Assembly (NCBI GenBank): GCA_965208155.1
Contig: OZ242322.1
Coordinates: forward strand, 321,732-385,731
Source of the DNA: Thermodesulfobacteriota bacterium
Lineage (GTDB): Bacteria; Desulfobacterota_D; UBA1144; Nemesobacterales; Nemesobacteraceae
Reading direction: 5' to 3'
Length of the DNA stretch: 64,000 bases
Under the pieces are notes generated by a model that was not told where the DNA came from, made no database searches, and worked only from the letters and a program-made list of their open reading frames with translations. Shown here piece after piece: positions 1 through 9,154 of the stretch; within the stretch, counting starts at the first letter, position 1, and each line of letters starts with the position of its first letter. Both the position numbers and the translations under genes were made by a program.

Positions 1-304
1 GGTGAAGGCCGCCAACTATGTGAACCTCTCTCATCTCGTCGCTCAGCATGGAAAGCATCTGTTCGTCTGAGAGCTCGTAGGCGTTGGGGGATTTCTTCGT
101 GGTTCCGAAAGCGCAGAACCGGCATGATATGGCGCATATGTTCGAAGGATTTATGTGGCGGTTAACGACGAAATAAACCTTTTCCCCCGATTTCTTTCTC
201 TTAACGTAATCCGCCATCATGCCGACAGTGTTAAGATCGGGAGAGCTAAGTATCGAGAGCCCGTCTTCAAAGGAAAGCCTGCGGCCCTCGGCGACCTTCT
301 CCAT
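1..304 (-). CDS. Radical SAM enzyme, N-terminal fragment (gene runs off the window); MqnE/MqnC-like futalosine-pathway enzyme
   Basis: Minus-strand translation from ATG at 304 gives MEKVAEGRRLSFEDGLSILSSPDLNTVGMMADYVKRKKSGEKVYFVVNRHINPSNICAISCRFCAF..., i.e. a CxxxCxxC radical-SAM motif in an MqnE/MqnC-like N-terminus. Not in the ORF track because the ORF is open at the window edge. Confidence 0.55.
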   Translation of the reverse strand, partial: MEKVAEGRRLSFEDGLSILSSPDLNTVGMMADYVKRKKSGEKVYFVVNRHINPSNICAISCRFCAFGTTKKSPNAYELSDEQMLSMLSDEMREVHIVGGLH

Positions 305-342
305 CACAGGAAGCAGGTTAGCGTCCGTGCAGAAGTTCTCCG

Positions 343-2118
343 TCAGTTCCAGTACTCGCTCCATCTCGCCTCCACCTTGTCCTTTATATCCTCTGACATC
401 TCTATTACCGGGGGATACCACTGCTTCACGGTAGCGTCAATTCCCATCCTGCCGTCATAAACGACCGCTGAGCCCCGAAGTTCCGTATGTTCGAACAGAA
501 CATCCAGGTAAGGATCGAACCTAGTAAAGATACCCCAGATAAGCTCAGTGTCATCAGTTAAATCTATATCCGGGCTCACAAGGGCGATTATGCGCACCCC
601 CTCAAGCCCAGGAGTCTCGAAAAGCCTGCGTATCATCTCCTTGGGATCAGTTCGGGACTCGTCTATGCGGACGACGCAGAAACCTCCCGAAAGAAGTCTG
701 AATCCCGTTATCTCCGGGTGTTTTTCCCTGGGATCGGGAACCTCCCTGGCGTAGGTCTTCCTCTCGGGGGAGTTTTTCCTTACGGCATTTATTCCCATCT
801 TGCTCCCCACGTTGAACTTGTTGCTCGTGAAATCGAGGGTGTCGAGGGGGGCCCACTGTATCATGAGGAAATCCTCCCTGGGATCGAAATTCTCGCCGAT
901 CTCGTGGAGCACAGCGGAGAAGTTCCTCGGGTCAACGTCGCTTGAAACGCATATCATGCACTTTGTGAGAAGAAGCTGTCCCGTTCCCCAGAGAGCCAGC
1001 ATTGCCTTTATGCCGCCCTTGGGATAGCGTTCGTCAACGGAAACCGCAAGCAGATTGTGAAAACCCGCCTCGGGATAGGCCCACATATCCTTTACCTCCG
1101 GCTGTATTATTTTTATCAGAGGAGAGAACATCTCCCCGGCGGCGATTCCCAGGTAAACATCCTCCTTCGGGGGCTTTCCAACCACGATAGCCGGGTAGAC
1201 GGGGTTTGTTCTGTGGGTTATCTCCCTCAGGTTGAAAACAGGGAAATCGGCCTCCATCGAGTAGTGACCGAAATGGTCGCCGAATGGGCCTTCCTGCCTC
1301 AGCACGTCCCTTGGAACGGAACCTTCCAGTATGAATTCCGCGTCTGCCGGAACGTGAAGTGAAATATTTTTTCCCTTTACCATCGGCATGGGATTTCCCC
1401 TGAGGTAGCCCGCAAACGCAAGCTCATCCATGCCGTCGGGAAGCGGGGCGACGGCACAGAAAATCATTCTCGGGTCTCCTCCGAGAATGACTGCGGCCTC
1501 AAGGTCCCTTCCCAGCTTTTTCGCCTCGTGGTAGTGCGCGGCTCCTCCCTTGTGGGCGTGCCAGTGCATCCCGGCGGTACTCCGGTCAAATACCTGCATC
1601 CTGTAGATTCCAAGATTTCTGGAACCCGTGGCGGGATCTCTCGTGAGCACAAGACCGAACGTTATGAACTTCCCCCCGTCGCGGGGCCAGCATTTTATTA
1701 CGGGAAGCCTTGAGAGGTCAGGTTCGGTTTCAATCCGCTGAACGTTGCCGCGCCTTACCGTCCTGGTTCTCATGGAAAGCACGTCTCTTGCCTTTGGAAG
1801 CACGGAAAAAATACCCCCTATCGTAGGGGGATTTACCTTGCGGAATATCTCTACCAGCTCTTCGCCTACCTCTGCGGGCTTTCTGCCGAGAGCAAGCTCG
1901 ACCCTTCGCTCCGTACCGAAGAGATTTATCACCAGTGGGAAATCCGACCCCTCGACATTTTCAAACAGAAGCGCGGGACCGCCTTCCCTTATGGTTCGCG
2001 AGGCTATTTCCGTTATCTCAAGCTCGGGGGAGACTTCGGCCTTTATTCTCCTGAGATCGCCTTCGCACTCAAGGTGGTTTATAAAGCTCTGCAGATCGGA
2101 AAAACCTTTTCGGGACAT
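343..2118 (-). CDS. UbiD-family (de)carboxylase, possibly MqnM-like in a futalosine-type cluster
   Basis: 591-aa ORF; N-terminus and length are UbiD-like (LEITEIA...GGPALLFENV). Lies directly downstream of UbiX- and UbiA-like genes. Confidence 0.85.
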   Translation of the reverse strand: MSRKGFSDLQSFINHLECEGDLRRIKAEVSPELEITEIASRTIREGGPALLFENVEGSDFPLVINLFGTERRVELALGRKPAEVGEELVEIFRKVNPPTIGGIFSVLPKARDVLSMRTRTVRRGNVQRIETEPDLSRLPVIKCWPRDGGKFITFGLVLTRDPATGSRNLGIYRMQVFDRSTAGMHWHAHKGGAAHYHEAKKLGRDLEAAVILGGDPRMIFCAVAPLPDGMDELAFAGYLRGNPMPMVKGKNISLHVPADAEFILEGSVPRDVLRQEGPFGDHFGHYSMEADFPVFNLREITHRTNPVYPAIVVGKPPKEDVYLGIAAGEMFSPLIKIIQPEVKDMWAYPEAGFHNLLAVSVDERYPKGGIKAMLALWGTGQLLLTKCMICVSSDVDPRNFSAVLHEIGENFDPREDFLMIQWAPLDTLDFTSNKFNVGSKMGINAVRKNSPERKTYAREVPDPREKHPEITGFRLLSGGFCVVRIDESRTDPKEMIRRLFETPGLEGVRIIALVSPDIDLTDDTELIWGIFTRFDPYLDVLFEHTELRGSAVVYDGRMGIDATVKQWYPPVIEMSEDIKDKVEARWSEYWN

Positions 2119-2127
2119 GGGAAAGAG

Positions 2128-2679
2128 CTACTCCAGTTCGTCCCTTTTCCATCCCCTGCCGGTATCGACGCCGACAAGGCCCAGAAGCTTGTCCACGTAA
2201 CCGCTCACCACGTCGGATACCGATTCGGAGCCCATGTAGTCAGTGGGAGAGATCGGCGCGATCACCACTCCCTCGCGGGAGAGTTTGAGAGCGTTTTCAA
2301 GAGCGATTGTGCCAAGAGGGGTCTCGCGCAGGGCAATTATGAGCCTTCGTTTCTCCTTGAGGGCAACGGCGGCTATTCTCGTTATCAGGGTATCCGCTAT
2401 GCCGTTTGCGATTTTCGCCAGGGTAGAGACCGAACAGGGCACTATGACCATGGAATCAAAGTGATTGCTTCCCGAGGAAAACGGGGACGCGAGGTCGGAA
2501 TCGCTGTAGATATCGGTTACCCAGGGACGCATTTCCTCAACCTTCAGGCCGAGTTCCTCGTGGAGAACCCTCTTTCCCCACTTGCTTGCCACAAGGTATT
2601 TCTCGTCGGGACATCTCCTGAGGAAATCAACCCCGTAGGCAACCCCCGACGCTCCGGTAATTCCAACTACTGTTCTCAT
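2128..2679 (-). CDS. ubiX: UbiX-type flavin prenyltransferase
   Basis: 183 aa; MRTVVGITGASG... start typical of UbiX/Pad1 flavoprotein. 9 bp upstream of the UbiD-like gene. Confidence 0.85.
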   Translation of the reverse strand: MRTVVGITGASGVAYGVDFLRRCPDEKYLVASKWGKRVLHEELGLKVEEMRPWVTDIYSDSDLASPFSSGSNHFDSMVIVPCSVSTLAKIANGIADTLITRIAAVALKEKRRLIIALRETPLGTIALENALKLSREGVVIAPISPTDYMGSESVSDVVSGYVDKLLGLVGVDTGRGWKRDELE

Positions 2680-2681
2680 GG

Positions 2682-3524
2682 TCAGGGTAAGTATATACCC
2701 GCGAGGGTGAAAAACAAAACCGCGAAGCCTATCAGGATGTTGGTTCTGAAAAAAGCGGAATCAACCCGCCCGAAGCTTCGGTGCTCAAGGTAAAGCAGGT
2801 AGCCGCAGAGCAGAAGCGGCAAAAGTGCGAACAGGGTCCGGAACGAAAGAACATAGAGAAACACCAGGCAGACAAACGAAAGCAGGTGAGATATCCTCGA
2901 CACAAGCAGCGCCCTCTGCCTGCCGAAACGGGCGACAAGGGAGTAAATTCCCCGGCGGCGGTCAAACTCCTCGTCGGCCGTGGCGTATATTATGTCAAAG
3001 CTTGAGATCCAGAGGAAAGTGAAAACCGAGAGCACTACTGCCGGAAGCATCTCCTCGAGGGAGCACCTCACGGCAAGCCATCCGCCAAGCGGGCCGAGCG
3101 CAAGGGAGAGGCCCACGCCGAAATGACAGAGGCTAGTGAACCTCTTCATTAGGGGATAGACGGTAAACGCCACAAGAGGAAGCGGTGAGAGAAGGAATAC
3201 AAGCGGACATATGAGATAGGCGGAGACGAAGTAAAGCAGGGCCCCCGCGGCCGCCACGGCCAAAGCCTCGACCATGCTCATCTTGCCCGAAGGAAGCTCT
3301 CTCTGCGTGGTTCTCGGGTTCTCCCGGTCTATTTCCCGGTCAAAAATCCTGTTAAGCGCAAGCGCAACGGTCCTCGCCCCCGCTGCGGCGAGCACTATCA
3401 GCACGAAAATCCGGGCGCTGAATATCCCACCGGCGGCAAGAAAAGCTCCCGCGAAAATAACCGGAAGAGAAAAAAACGTATGCTCTATCCTCAGGAATCC
3501 CGAGAGGTTCTTTAGAAATGTCAT
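2682..3524 (-). CDS. UbiA-family polyprenyltransferase, possibly MqnP-like
   Basis: 280-aa polytopic membrane protein with UbiA-type NRIFDREID (D-rich) motif. First gene of the ubiA-ubiX-ubiD-radical SAM operon. Confidence 0.8.
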   Translation of the reverse strand: MTFLKNLSGFLRIEHTFFSLPVIFAGAFLAAGGIFSARIFVLIVLAAAGARTVALALNRIFDREIDRENPRTTQRELPSGKMSMVEALAVAAAGALLYFVSAYLICPLVFLLSPLPLVAFTVYPLMKRFTSLCHFGVGLSLALGPLGGWLAVRCSLEEMLPAVVLSVFTFLWISSFDIIYATADEEFDRRRGIYSLVARFGRQRALLVSRISHLLSFVCLVFLYVLSFRTLFALLPLLLCGYLLYLEHRSFGRVDSAFFRTNILIGFAVLFFTLAGIYLP

Positions 3525-3673
3525 TTCGGATACGGAATTTTACTGAATGTCCTCGACAAAACGCTGCCCATCGCGTTACTTGGTTACATGACAAAGTAAA
3601 AACCCTGACATTCACTCGATGCGACGTTTGCTCTCTGGAATAACCGCCTGGAAATACCTTGGAGTAATCAGTC

Positions 3674-4084
3674 TCATCCGAGGCCCTCGATCCGGTTTTT
3701 CCATCGTGAACGGCGGACCCTGTCAACAAAAACACTGTCCGCCGTGATCATACGCATTTCTTCCCTTTCTGCAAGCGCAAGATACTGGCAATCGTAGACC
3801 GGGTGGTGGAGAACACATGCCATTTCGGAAGCCGTCTCATGTAACCGCACCGAGGGAACAAAAGATTTAAACCATCGCGGCAAGGCCTCTAGAAAACCCC
3901 GCGCCTGCTCTTCGGGTATCGTACCGCTCGATACTCTTCGCCAAGCGGCATTCGCACATTCGACAAGAATCATATCTGGAGCAAAGAAAACCGCGTCGGA
4001 CTCCGCGAGAGCCCGCGCCTCGGCAGACAATTCCTCCTCGAAAAACCACTTGCACGCCACACTTGCGTCAAATACCAGACTCAT
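3674..4084 (-). CDS. vapC: PIN-domain toxin, VapC-like
   Basis: 136 aa; N-terminal MSLVFDASVACKW is the typical PIN acidic-residue start. Overlaps the upstream antitoxin gene by 4 nt (ATGA). Confidence 0.75.
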   Translation of the reverse strand: MSLVFDASVACKWFFEEELSAEARALAESDAVFFAPDMILVECANAAWRRVSSGTIPEEQARGFLEALPRWFKSFVPSVRLHETASEMACVLHHPVYDCQYLALAEREEMRMITADSVFVDRVRRSRWKNRIEGLG

Positions 4085-4593
4085 CGGCTGTCCCGATTCT
4101 CTCGCAGAATCGACACACTATCTTCAAGAGGACCGGTGGTCATGGCCCGGATGCGACCGGCTTCGGCAATTAATTCCCCTCGCCGCGGATGTGCGGTGCG
4201 CGTAAGGATATTCCCCAGTTCCCGTTGCAGAGAATGACCCCTGCGTTTCGCCCAGCGCCTTAATTCCAATACAGTCTCCGGGTCCAAGTTGCGGATAATT
4301 ACCTGCGGGGAAGCTTTTTCGACAGGCCGCTGTCTGCGGGATGAACCATCACTGAAAAGCCGCGAAAAGAAAACGTACTGCTCAACAAGGTCAACTTGCC
4401 CGACATTCCAGCCCGCCAGCATCCAACTGAGCGCCTGTGTGTGAGTTCTGTCGTTTCCCCACCACTGCGCGTGCCTCCTGGCACTGCAAGGAAGAGGCTC
4501 CCCGATAATTTTTTCAATATCGGAGAAGGTCAGAGTGCAGAAATCACCCTGCTGGCCTAACAGATAGAGCTTCAGAAAATTATATTTCTTCAT
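4081..4593 (-). CDS. Antitoxin with C-terminal ribbon-helix-helix (VapB/FitA-like) plus an uncharacterised ~100-aa N-terminal domain
   Basis: 170-aa ORF; residues ~105-140 (VIIRNLDPETVLELRRWAKRRGHSLQRELGNIL) match an Arc/MetJ-type RHH antitoxin. The N-terminal part (DFCTLTFSDIEKIIGEPLP...WWGN) is an extra domain; an internal start is possible. Confidence 0.6.
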   Translation of the reverse strand: MKKYNFLKLYLLGQQGDFCTLTFSDIEKIIGEPLPCSARRHAQWWGNDRTHTQALSWMLAGWNVGQVDLVEQYVFFSRLFSDGSSRRQRPVEKASPQVIIRNLDPETVLELRRWAKRRGHSLQRELGNILTRTAHPRRGELIAEAGRIRAMTTGPLEDSVSILRENRDSR

Positions 4594-4800
4594 ACTGTGC
4601 GTCGCGTTAAAAGAAATTCTAGCAGCGGGAGAATATCATGATTCCCTTTTTCTCCATGTCAATATCCGCGCCCGTTACCATCAGCACGCAGGGTGCGGCC
4701 AGACAGTTTCAGTGCCCACAGACAGAAGCATTGACCCGGTGCCCATTTAGCATAAAACCACTTCCAGTACCTATCGGAAAAAAGTATCAAAAACGGAATT

Positions 4801-5735
4801 TCATGCCAGATGCTCGGGAATTCTGAACGCGTTTACGGCAAGCAGTTTTTTCGCAACCGGATAACTCTGAGAGGTGCGGCAGAGAACCATGACGGGCCAT
4901 CTGGCCCTGTGTCCGAGCAGTTCGTGAACCTTAAGGGCCTGAGAAAAGTCACGCAGCGTCGCAATCTCCTTCCATTTCGCTTCGGCCAGATGGAGACAGT
5001 CGTCTTTCTCAATAATAAAATCCGCCTCGCGCGACTGATCCCTGTAGTACCATATGGTTGCCTGCGGAGCATCCAGAGACAGATATTTTCGCAGTTCGCC
5101 GAAAACAAAGGTTTCCCATATCGCTCCGACCAGGTAGCTTCCGGTCACCGCCTGCCCGTTAAGTCCCAGGAGAAAACACAGCAACCCTACATCATTGAAA
5201 AAAAGCTTGGGTGTCTTCGCAAAACGTTTCCCTGAATTGGCAAACCAGGGTTCAAGCAGCGTAACCTGATTGGAGGCCACAAGCACATTGAGCCACTTGT
5301 CGGCGGTTTTGCCGGTTATTCCCGTCTCCTTCGCAATTTCCGACTTGTTGAGCATCCGCCCGCTGCGAAGAGCCAGGGCGCGCATGAAGCGGTCAAAATC
5401 CCGCAGCGACAAAACATTTAAAAGCTGGCGCACGTCGCGCTCAAGATAAGTCGCCTGATAGCTGGCGAAATAATCCGCGGGCCTCATCGCCGGGTCTTTC
5501 CAGAGCTGCGGCATAAACCCGCGACCCAGAATCCCGGCTATCCCCTCACTTTTCTCTATCCGGGAAAATACAGGTTCCAGTTCCCTAACCGTAAGGCCTT
5601 CGAGTTCCAGCACGCCGCAACGTCCCGCCAGAGACTCAGATACTCCCTGCATCAGGCTGAATTTCTGTGATCCGGTCAGAATGAAACGACCGTTCATCTC
5701 CCTGCGCCTGTCTATTTCAATCTTCAGATAGCGAA
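4801..5735 (-). pseudogene. DUF4143 AAA+ ATPase, C-terminal part of a gene split by IS insertion
   Basis: The ORF has no N-terminal P-loop; it begins ...KVRYLKIEIDRRREMNGRFILTGSQ, which continues the reading of the fragment at 8092..8371 (...PGLFRY|LKIEID). Paralog of the intact gene at 35891..37219. Confidence 0.8.
5727..5735. repeat. 9-bp target-site duplication (left copy), GATAGCGAA
   Basis: Identical 9-mer at 8092..8100 immediately flanks the IS terminal inverted repeats. Confidence 0.8.
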
Positions 5736-8091
5736 CTTTCAAGCCGACACACTTGACTCCTTAATATTCGCTGGGTATATATACTGGCGTGCGGATAGGA
5801 TTACGTCATTTTTCATCAGACAGCATAGAATGGTTCAAAGAAGCGGCGACAGATCCTGAACAGACTCGCTATGGGCTGGCACTGGGGCTTTGCGAGAAGG
5901 ACAACTGGCGCAATGCCCGGGGGGAGTTGTGTCTTGCGTCCGCACGCAAGAGGCTTCCCACAATAGCGCAAGCCGTCGGAGTCAAGCTGCCCGCTCCTGC
6001 GTCCCTGCCCAAGGGCATGGTTCCTGGAGGCAAGGCTCCGCCGTTTGGAGCGAGCTATCCGGACAAGGATGTGGTTTGTTCTCTTGAGAGTCTGGGAGAA
6101 GTTTCTGTTGAGCCCGTGAAGGGGGCGGAGAAGAAGCTTTGGCGTGAGATGATACAGACTCATCATCCCGAGGGCTGGAGCAAGGTTCCCGGCAAACAGA
6201 TATCCTACTGGATAACCACAGAGAATCATGGACGTGTGGGAGGCATAGGTTTCTGTGCGGCAAGCTGGCACCAGGGTGCACGTGACAAATGGATAAGGTG
6301 GAGTGGGAGGGCGCGGGTGGAGAATCTTGGTCTGGTGATAAACAACCATCGTTTTCTTCTGCTTCCGGGAGTCAGGGTAAAGAATCTGGCATCCCACGTG
6401 TTGTCGCTTGCCATATCGCAAGTGAGGGTGGAGTGGAAGGATATTCACGGGACAGAACCCGTGGCGGCTTATACCTACATATCGAGTGATCATGAGGGGA
6501 GCAGTTACAGGGCCGCTGGGTGGGAGATGTGTGAGGAGAAGACTTCAGGGCGTCCTGCGAGCGGGGGGATTGTGGAGAGCAAGACGGTATGGATGAAACC
6601 CATATTGGGGGGATGGAAGAAGGTTTTGTGCGAAGAGCCCAGGCACGTAATTGGACAGACACCAGAGCCTTATTACACAGAAGAGGCAGACTGGGCGGAT
6701 GTGGAATACGGACGCAGTTCACATTCCGACGGACGGGTGAGGGAGCGTATAATATATATGGGGAGGAGGTGGGCCGATAATCCGGGGGAGCCGCTGCCAG
6801 TGGTTTTTCCTGGTGAAGCGGAGCAGAGGGGGATGTACAGGTTGCTGTCAAACAAGAGAGTTACGATGGAACATATACTTGAACCTCATACGGAAGCAAC
6901 GGTGAGCCGGTGTCGTATGCAGAGAGTGGTTCTGGCTGTTCAGGACACCACTACGGTTAATTACAGTGGGCATGAGAAGACAGAGGGGCTTGTGAGCATA
7001 GGGGGGAAGGGCAAAGGGTTGTTTGTTCATGTGGGGTTGGCGATAACGGAGGGGAAACGTCCTTTGGGGGTTTACGATCTTAACGCCACGGTGAGGGCAG
7101 TTGGGAAGGGTAAGAAGAACAAGAAGCAGGAGAGCAAGAGGTGGGTAGAAGGGCTTTTCAAGGCTCGGGAACTTAAAGAAGCGTGCGAAGGTACGCGTGT
7201 GGTTACGGTATGTGACAGGGAGGGGGACATGTGGGAACTTCTTCGAGAGGGGGTAGAGGGAGGGGACGGTCTTTTGGTGCGTTCAAAGAAGGGGCATAAG
7301 CGGCGTGTTGTGGTAGGGGAGGAGACAGAGAATCTGTGGAAGCACATACAGAGCAGGCCGGTGCTTGCCAAAAGGGAGATAGAGGTGAAAGCATGCGGAG
7401 GGAAGAGGAAACGGGAGAGTCGGAGTGTGATGCTAGAGATACGTGCCGCGAGAGTGAAGCTTGTGGCTCCTTTAAGTGAGGGGGCTTCTGTGGAGCCGCT
7501 TGATATGCTTGCGGTAAGTGCTTTTGAGCCTGATCCGCCGAGCGGCAAGGAGCGTCTTCACTGGGTTTTGCTAACCACAGAGGGGGAAGAAACAGCGGAG
7601 GATGCGGTGCGTGCGATCAAGTGGTATGAGGCTCGGTGGAGTATAGAAGAGTATTTTAAAGCTCTTAAGACGGGAACGGGAATAAAGAAAAGGAGATTTG
7701 ATTGCGCAGATGATCTGCGCAAGTGTCTTGGATTTGACGTTGTTACGGCGTACAGGGTGTTTGATCTTGAGAGGATGGCGAGGGAGAAGCCGGACACTCC
7801 GGCCCGGGAGGTAGCGGGGGAGGAAGAGATAGATGCCATGTACAGTCTGCTCGAGTATGAAAGAATTATAAAGAAGAGGCCTGATGAAGCGCCCGACATA
7901 CGCACTTACGTGATTGATCTTGCGAGATACGCTGGATTCAGGCCCAGCAAACGACAGCCGCTTCCGGGTACGAAGAAGTTATGGCAGGCAGTAGTGAAGT
8001 TCAAAATGGCGTATGCGGGTTTCAGGGCCGCGCGACAAATTCAAACAAGGGGGCCCTGAAAAATAATGATGAGTCAAGTGTGTCGGCTTGA
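5736..8091 (+). mobile_element. Intact IS4-family insertion sequence (~2356 bp)
   Basis: 24-bp perfect terminal inverted repeats CTTTCAAGCCGACACACTTGACTC at 5736..5759 and (reverse complement) 8068..8091. Flanked by a 9-bp direct repeat. Single 756-aa transposase ORF. Confidence 0.85.
5789..8059 (+). CDS. IS4-family DDE transposase with a long N-terminal extra domain
   Basis: 756 aa; C-terminal YREK signature (Y-x2-R-x3-E-x6-K in WYEARWSIEEYFKALK) with DDE-like segments (LAVQDTTTVNY, VTVCDREGD). N-terminal ~300 aa is an additional conserved-looking domain. Confidence 0.8.
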   Translation: MRIGLRHFSSDSIEWFKEAATDPEQTRYGLALGLCEKDNWRNARGELCLASARKRLPTIAQAVGVKLPAPASLPKGMVPGGKAPPFGASYPDKDVVCSLESLGEVSVEPVKGAEKKLWREMIQTHHPEGWSKVPGKQISYWITTENHGRVGGIGFCAASWHQGARDKWIRWSGRARVENLGLVINNHRFLLLPGVRVKNLASHVLSLAISQVRVEWKDIHGTEPVAAYTYISSDHEGSSYRAAGWEMCEEKTSGRPASGGIVESKTVWMKPILGGWKKVLCEEPRHVIGQTPEPYYTEEADWADVEYGRSSHSDGRVRERIIYMGRRWADNPGEPLPVVFPGEAEQRGMYRLLSNKRVTMEHILEPHTEATVSRCRMQRVVLAVQDTTTVNYSGHEKTEGLVSIGGKGKGLFVHVGLAITEGKRPLGVYDLNATVRAVGKGKKNKKQESKRWVEGLFKARELKEACEGTRVVTVCDREGDMWELLREGVEGGDGLLVRSKKGHKRRVVVGEETENLWKHIQSRPVLAKREIEVKACGGKRKRESRSVMLEIRAARVKLVAPLSEGASVEPLDMLAVSAFEPDPPSGKERLHWVLLTTEGEETAEDAVRAIKWYEARWSIEEYFKALKTGTGIKKRRFDCADDLRKCLGFDVVTAYRVFDLERMAREKPDTPAREVAGEEEIDAMYSLLEYERIIKKRPDEAPDIRTYVIDLARYAGFRPSKRQPLPGTKKLWQAVVKFKMAYAGFRAARQIQTRGP

Positions 8092-8371
8092 AAGGATAGC
8101 GAAACAGCCCGGGAGCGTACTGAACCTCATCCACAAGCAGCGGCGCGGGATGACGCGCGAGAAAGGACTGAGGATCCTCTTCTGCCAGCCGCGCTTCTGC
8201 CGGAAGGTCGAGGCTTACGTAGCTATAGTCCTCAAACAGTTTTGTAAGCAGCGTTGTCTTTCCCGTCTGGCGGGCACCCGTGACTACAACGGCGGGAAAG
8301 TGCCTTGCCATGCGCCTTACCGACGCAGCTATTTCTCTTGGAAATTCATTATCTGACATATCAGGTATCAA
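8092..8371 (-). pseudogene. DUF4143 AAA+ ATPase, N-terminal P-loop fragment of the IS-disrupted gene
   Basis: VVVTGARQTGKTTLLTKLF...LLVDEVQYAPGLFRY is native sequence. The remaining 37 aa of the ORF (7979..8091) are encoded by the IS end. Confidence 0.8.
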
Positions 8372-8481
8372 AACTCCAGTATTTATGGATTTAGAGTACT
8401 TAAATTGTCAGCAACTCTCAACAGAAAAACAAACGAAAAAACAATTGTAGCGTTTATGCAGCAAGCAGCGCCGATTTCTGG

Positions 8482-8500
8482 AAAAAAAAAGGGGGGGGGG
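8482..8500. repeat. A9 followed by G10 homopolymer tract
   Basis: AAAAAAAAAGGGGGGGGGG lies in the intergenic region upstream of the disrupted ATPase gene. Confidence 0.7.
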
Positions 8501-8831
8501 TATCTAAAGAAGGGAATCAATTCCTCTGCGTCCCCGCACTCGTACAAGCTCAACCACCGGTTCCCCAGTACCTTTTACAAAGCTTGAATCAAGCGAAAAA
8601 AAACTCCTTCTCAACACTCCGTGTTCTATCTTTATGTCCTGATATAAGACTACACTGCAACTACATATTCAGGTTGACCTCGAAAACTGGCGGCACTTTC
8701 AACCCCTTGAATTCTCCCGCAAAACCGGCTAATATGTAATTGAAAATAAGAGCAAGAAGTGAACACTTTAACGCCCTGCAGTATATTGTTCTGTGTCTTT
8801 TTGCAGTACATCATTCTGGGCAGTTACAACC

Positions 8832-9086
8832 ATGTCGCAACTGGAGCAAAGAATAGAAACAAAAATTGATGAAAGGGAGAAAGCAACGCAAACCAGATTT
8901 CAGGATCACGAAAAGAGAATAGACAGGCTGGGCATCAGATTCTGGGCATTTATTATTGTAATAATCGGGGGACTGTTTTCACTCTCATATAAGGCTTTTT
9001 TCCAGAAGCACTCCATTTTACCGAGCACATTTTATCTCTCCAGTCCAACTCCAGTTGGAGAGAATTTCAAGAGACTGCCGACTTAA
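8832..9086 (+). CDS. Hypothetical small membrane protein (coiled-coil plus one transmembrane helix)
   Basis: ORF 8793..9086; probable start at the second Met (MSQLEQRIETKIDEREK...FWAFIIVIIGGLFSL). No recognisable family. Confidence 0.3.
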   Translation: MSQLEQRIETKIDEREKATQTRFQDHEKRIDRLGIRFWAFIIVIIGGLFSLSYKAFFQKHSILPSTFYLSSPTPVGENFKRLPT

Positions 9087-9154
9087 GCGGTCTTAGCTTG
9101 TGAGGCAGCCAGAATCATCGGATTGTTTATCTCCGCCCACCCATGACATAAACA

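Noticed and set aside
155-460. 101-aa plus-strand ORF at the window start.
   Set aside because: It is antisense to the UbiD-like gene end and to the minus-strand radical-SAM N-terminus, which has a clear CxxxCxxC motif. It has no family resemblance and is most likely a spurious ORF.
5816-7905. Several 60-225-aa minus-strand ORFs inside the IS4-family element.
   Set aside because: They are antisense to the 756-aa transposase, which has a clear YREK/DDE signature, and are Pro/Ser/Arg-rich low-complexity translations typical of the reverse strand of a GC-rich gene.
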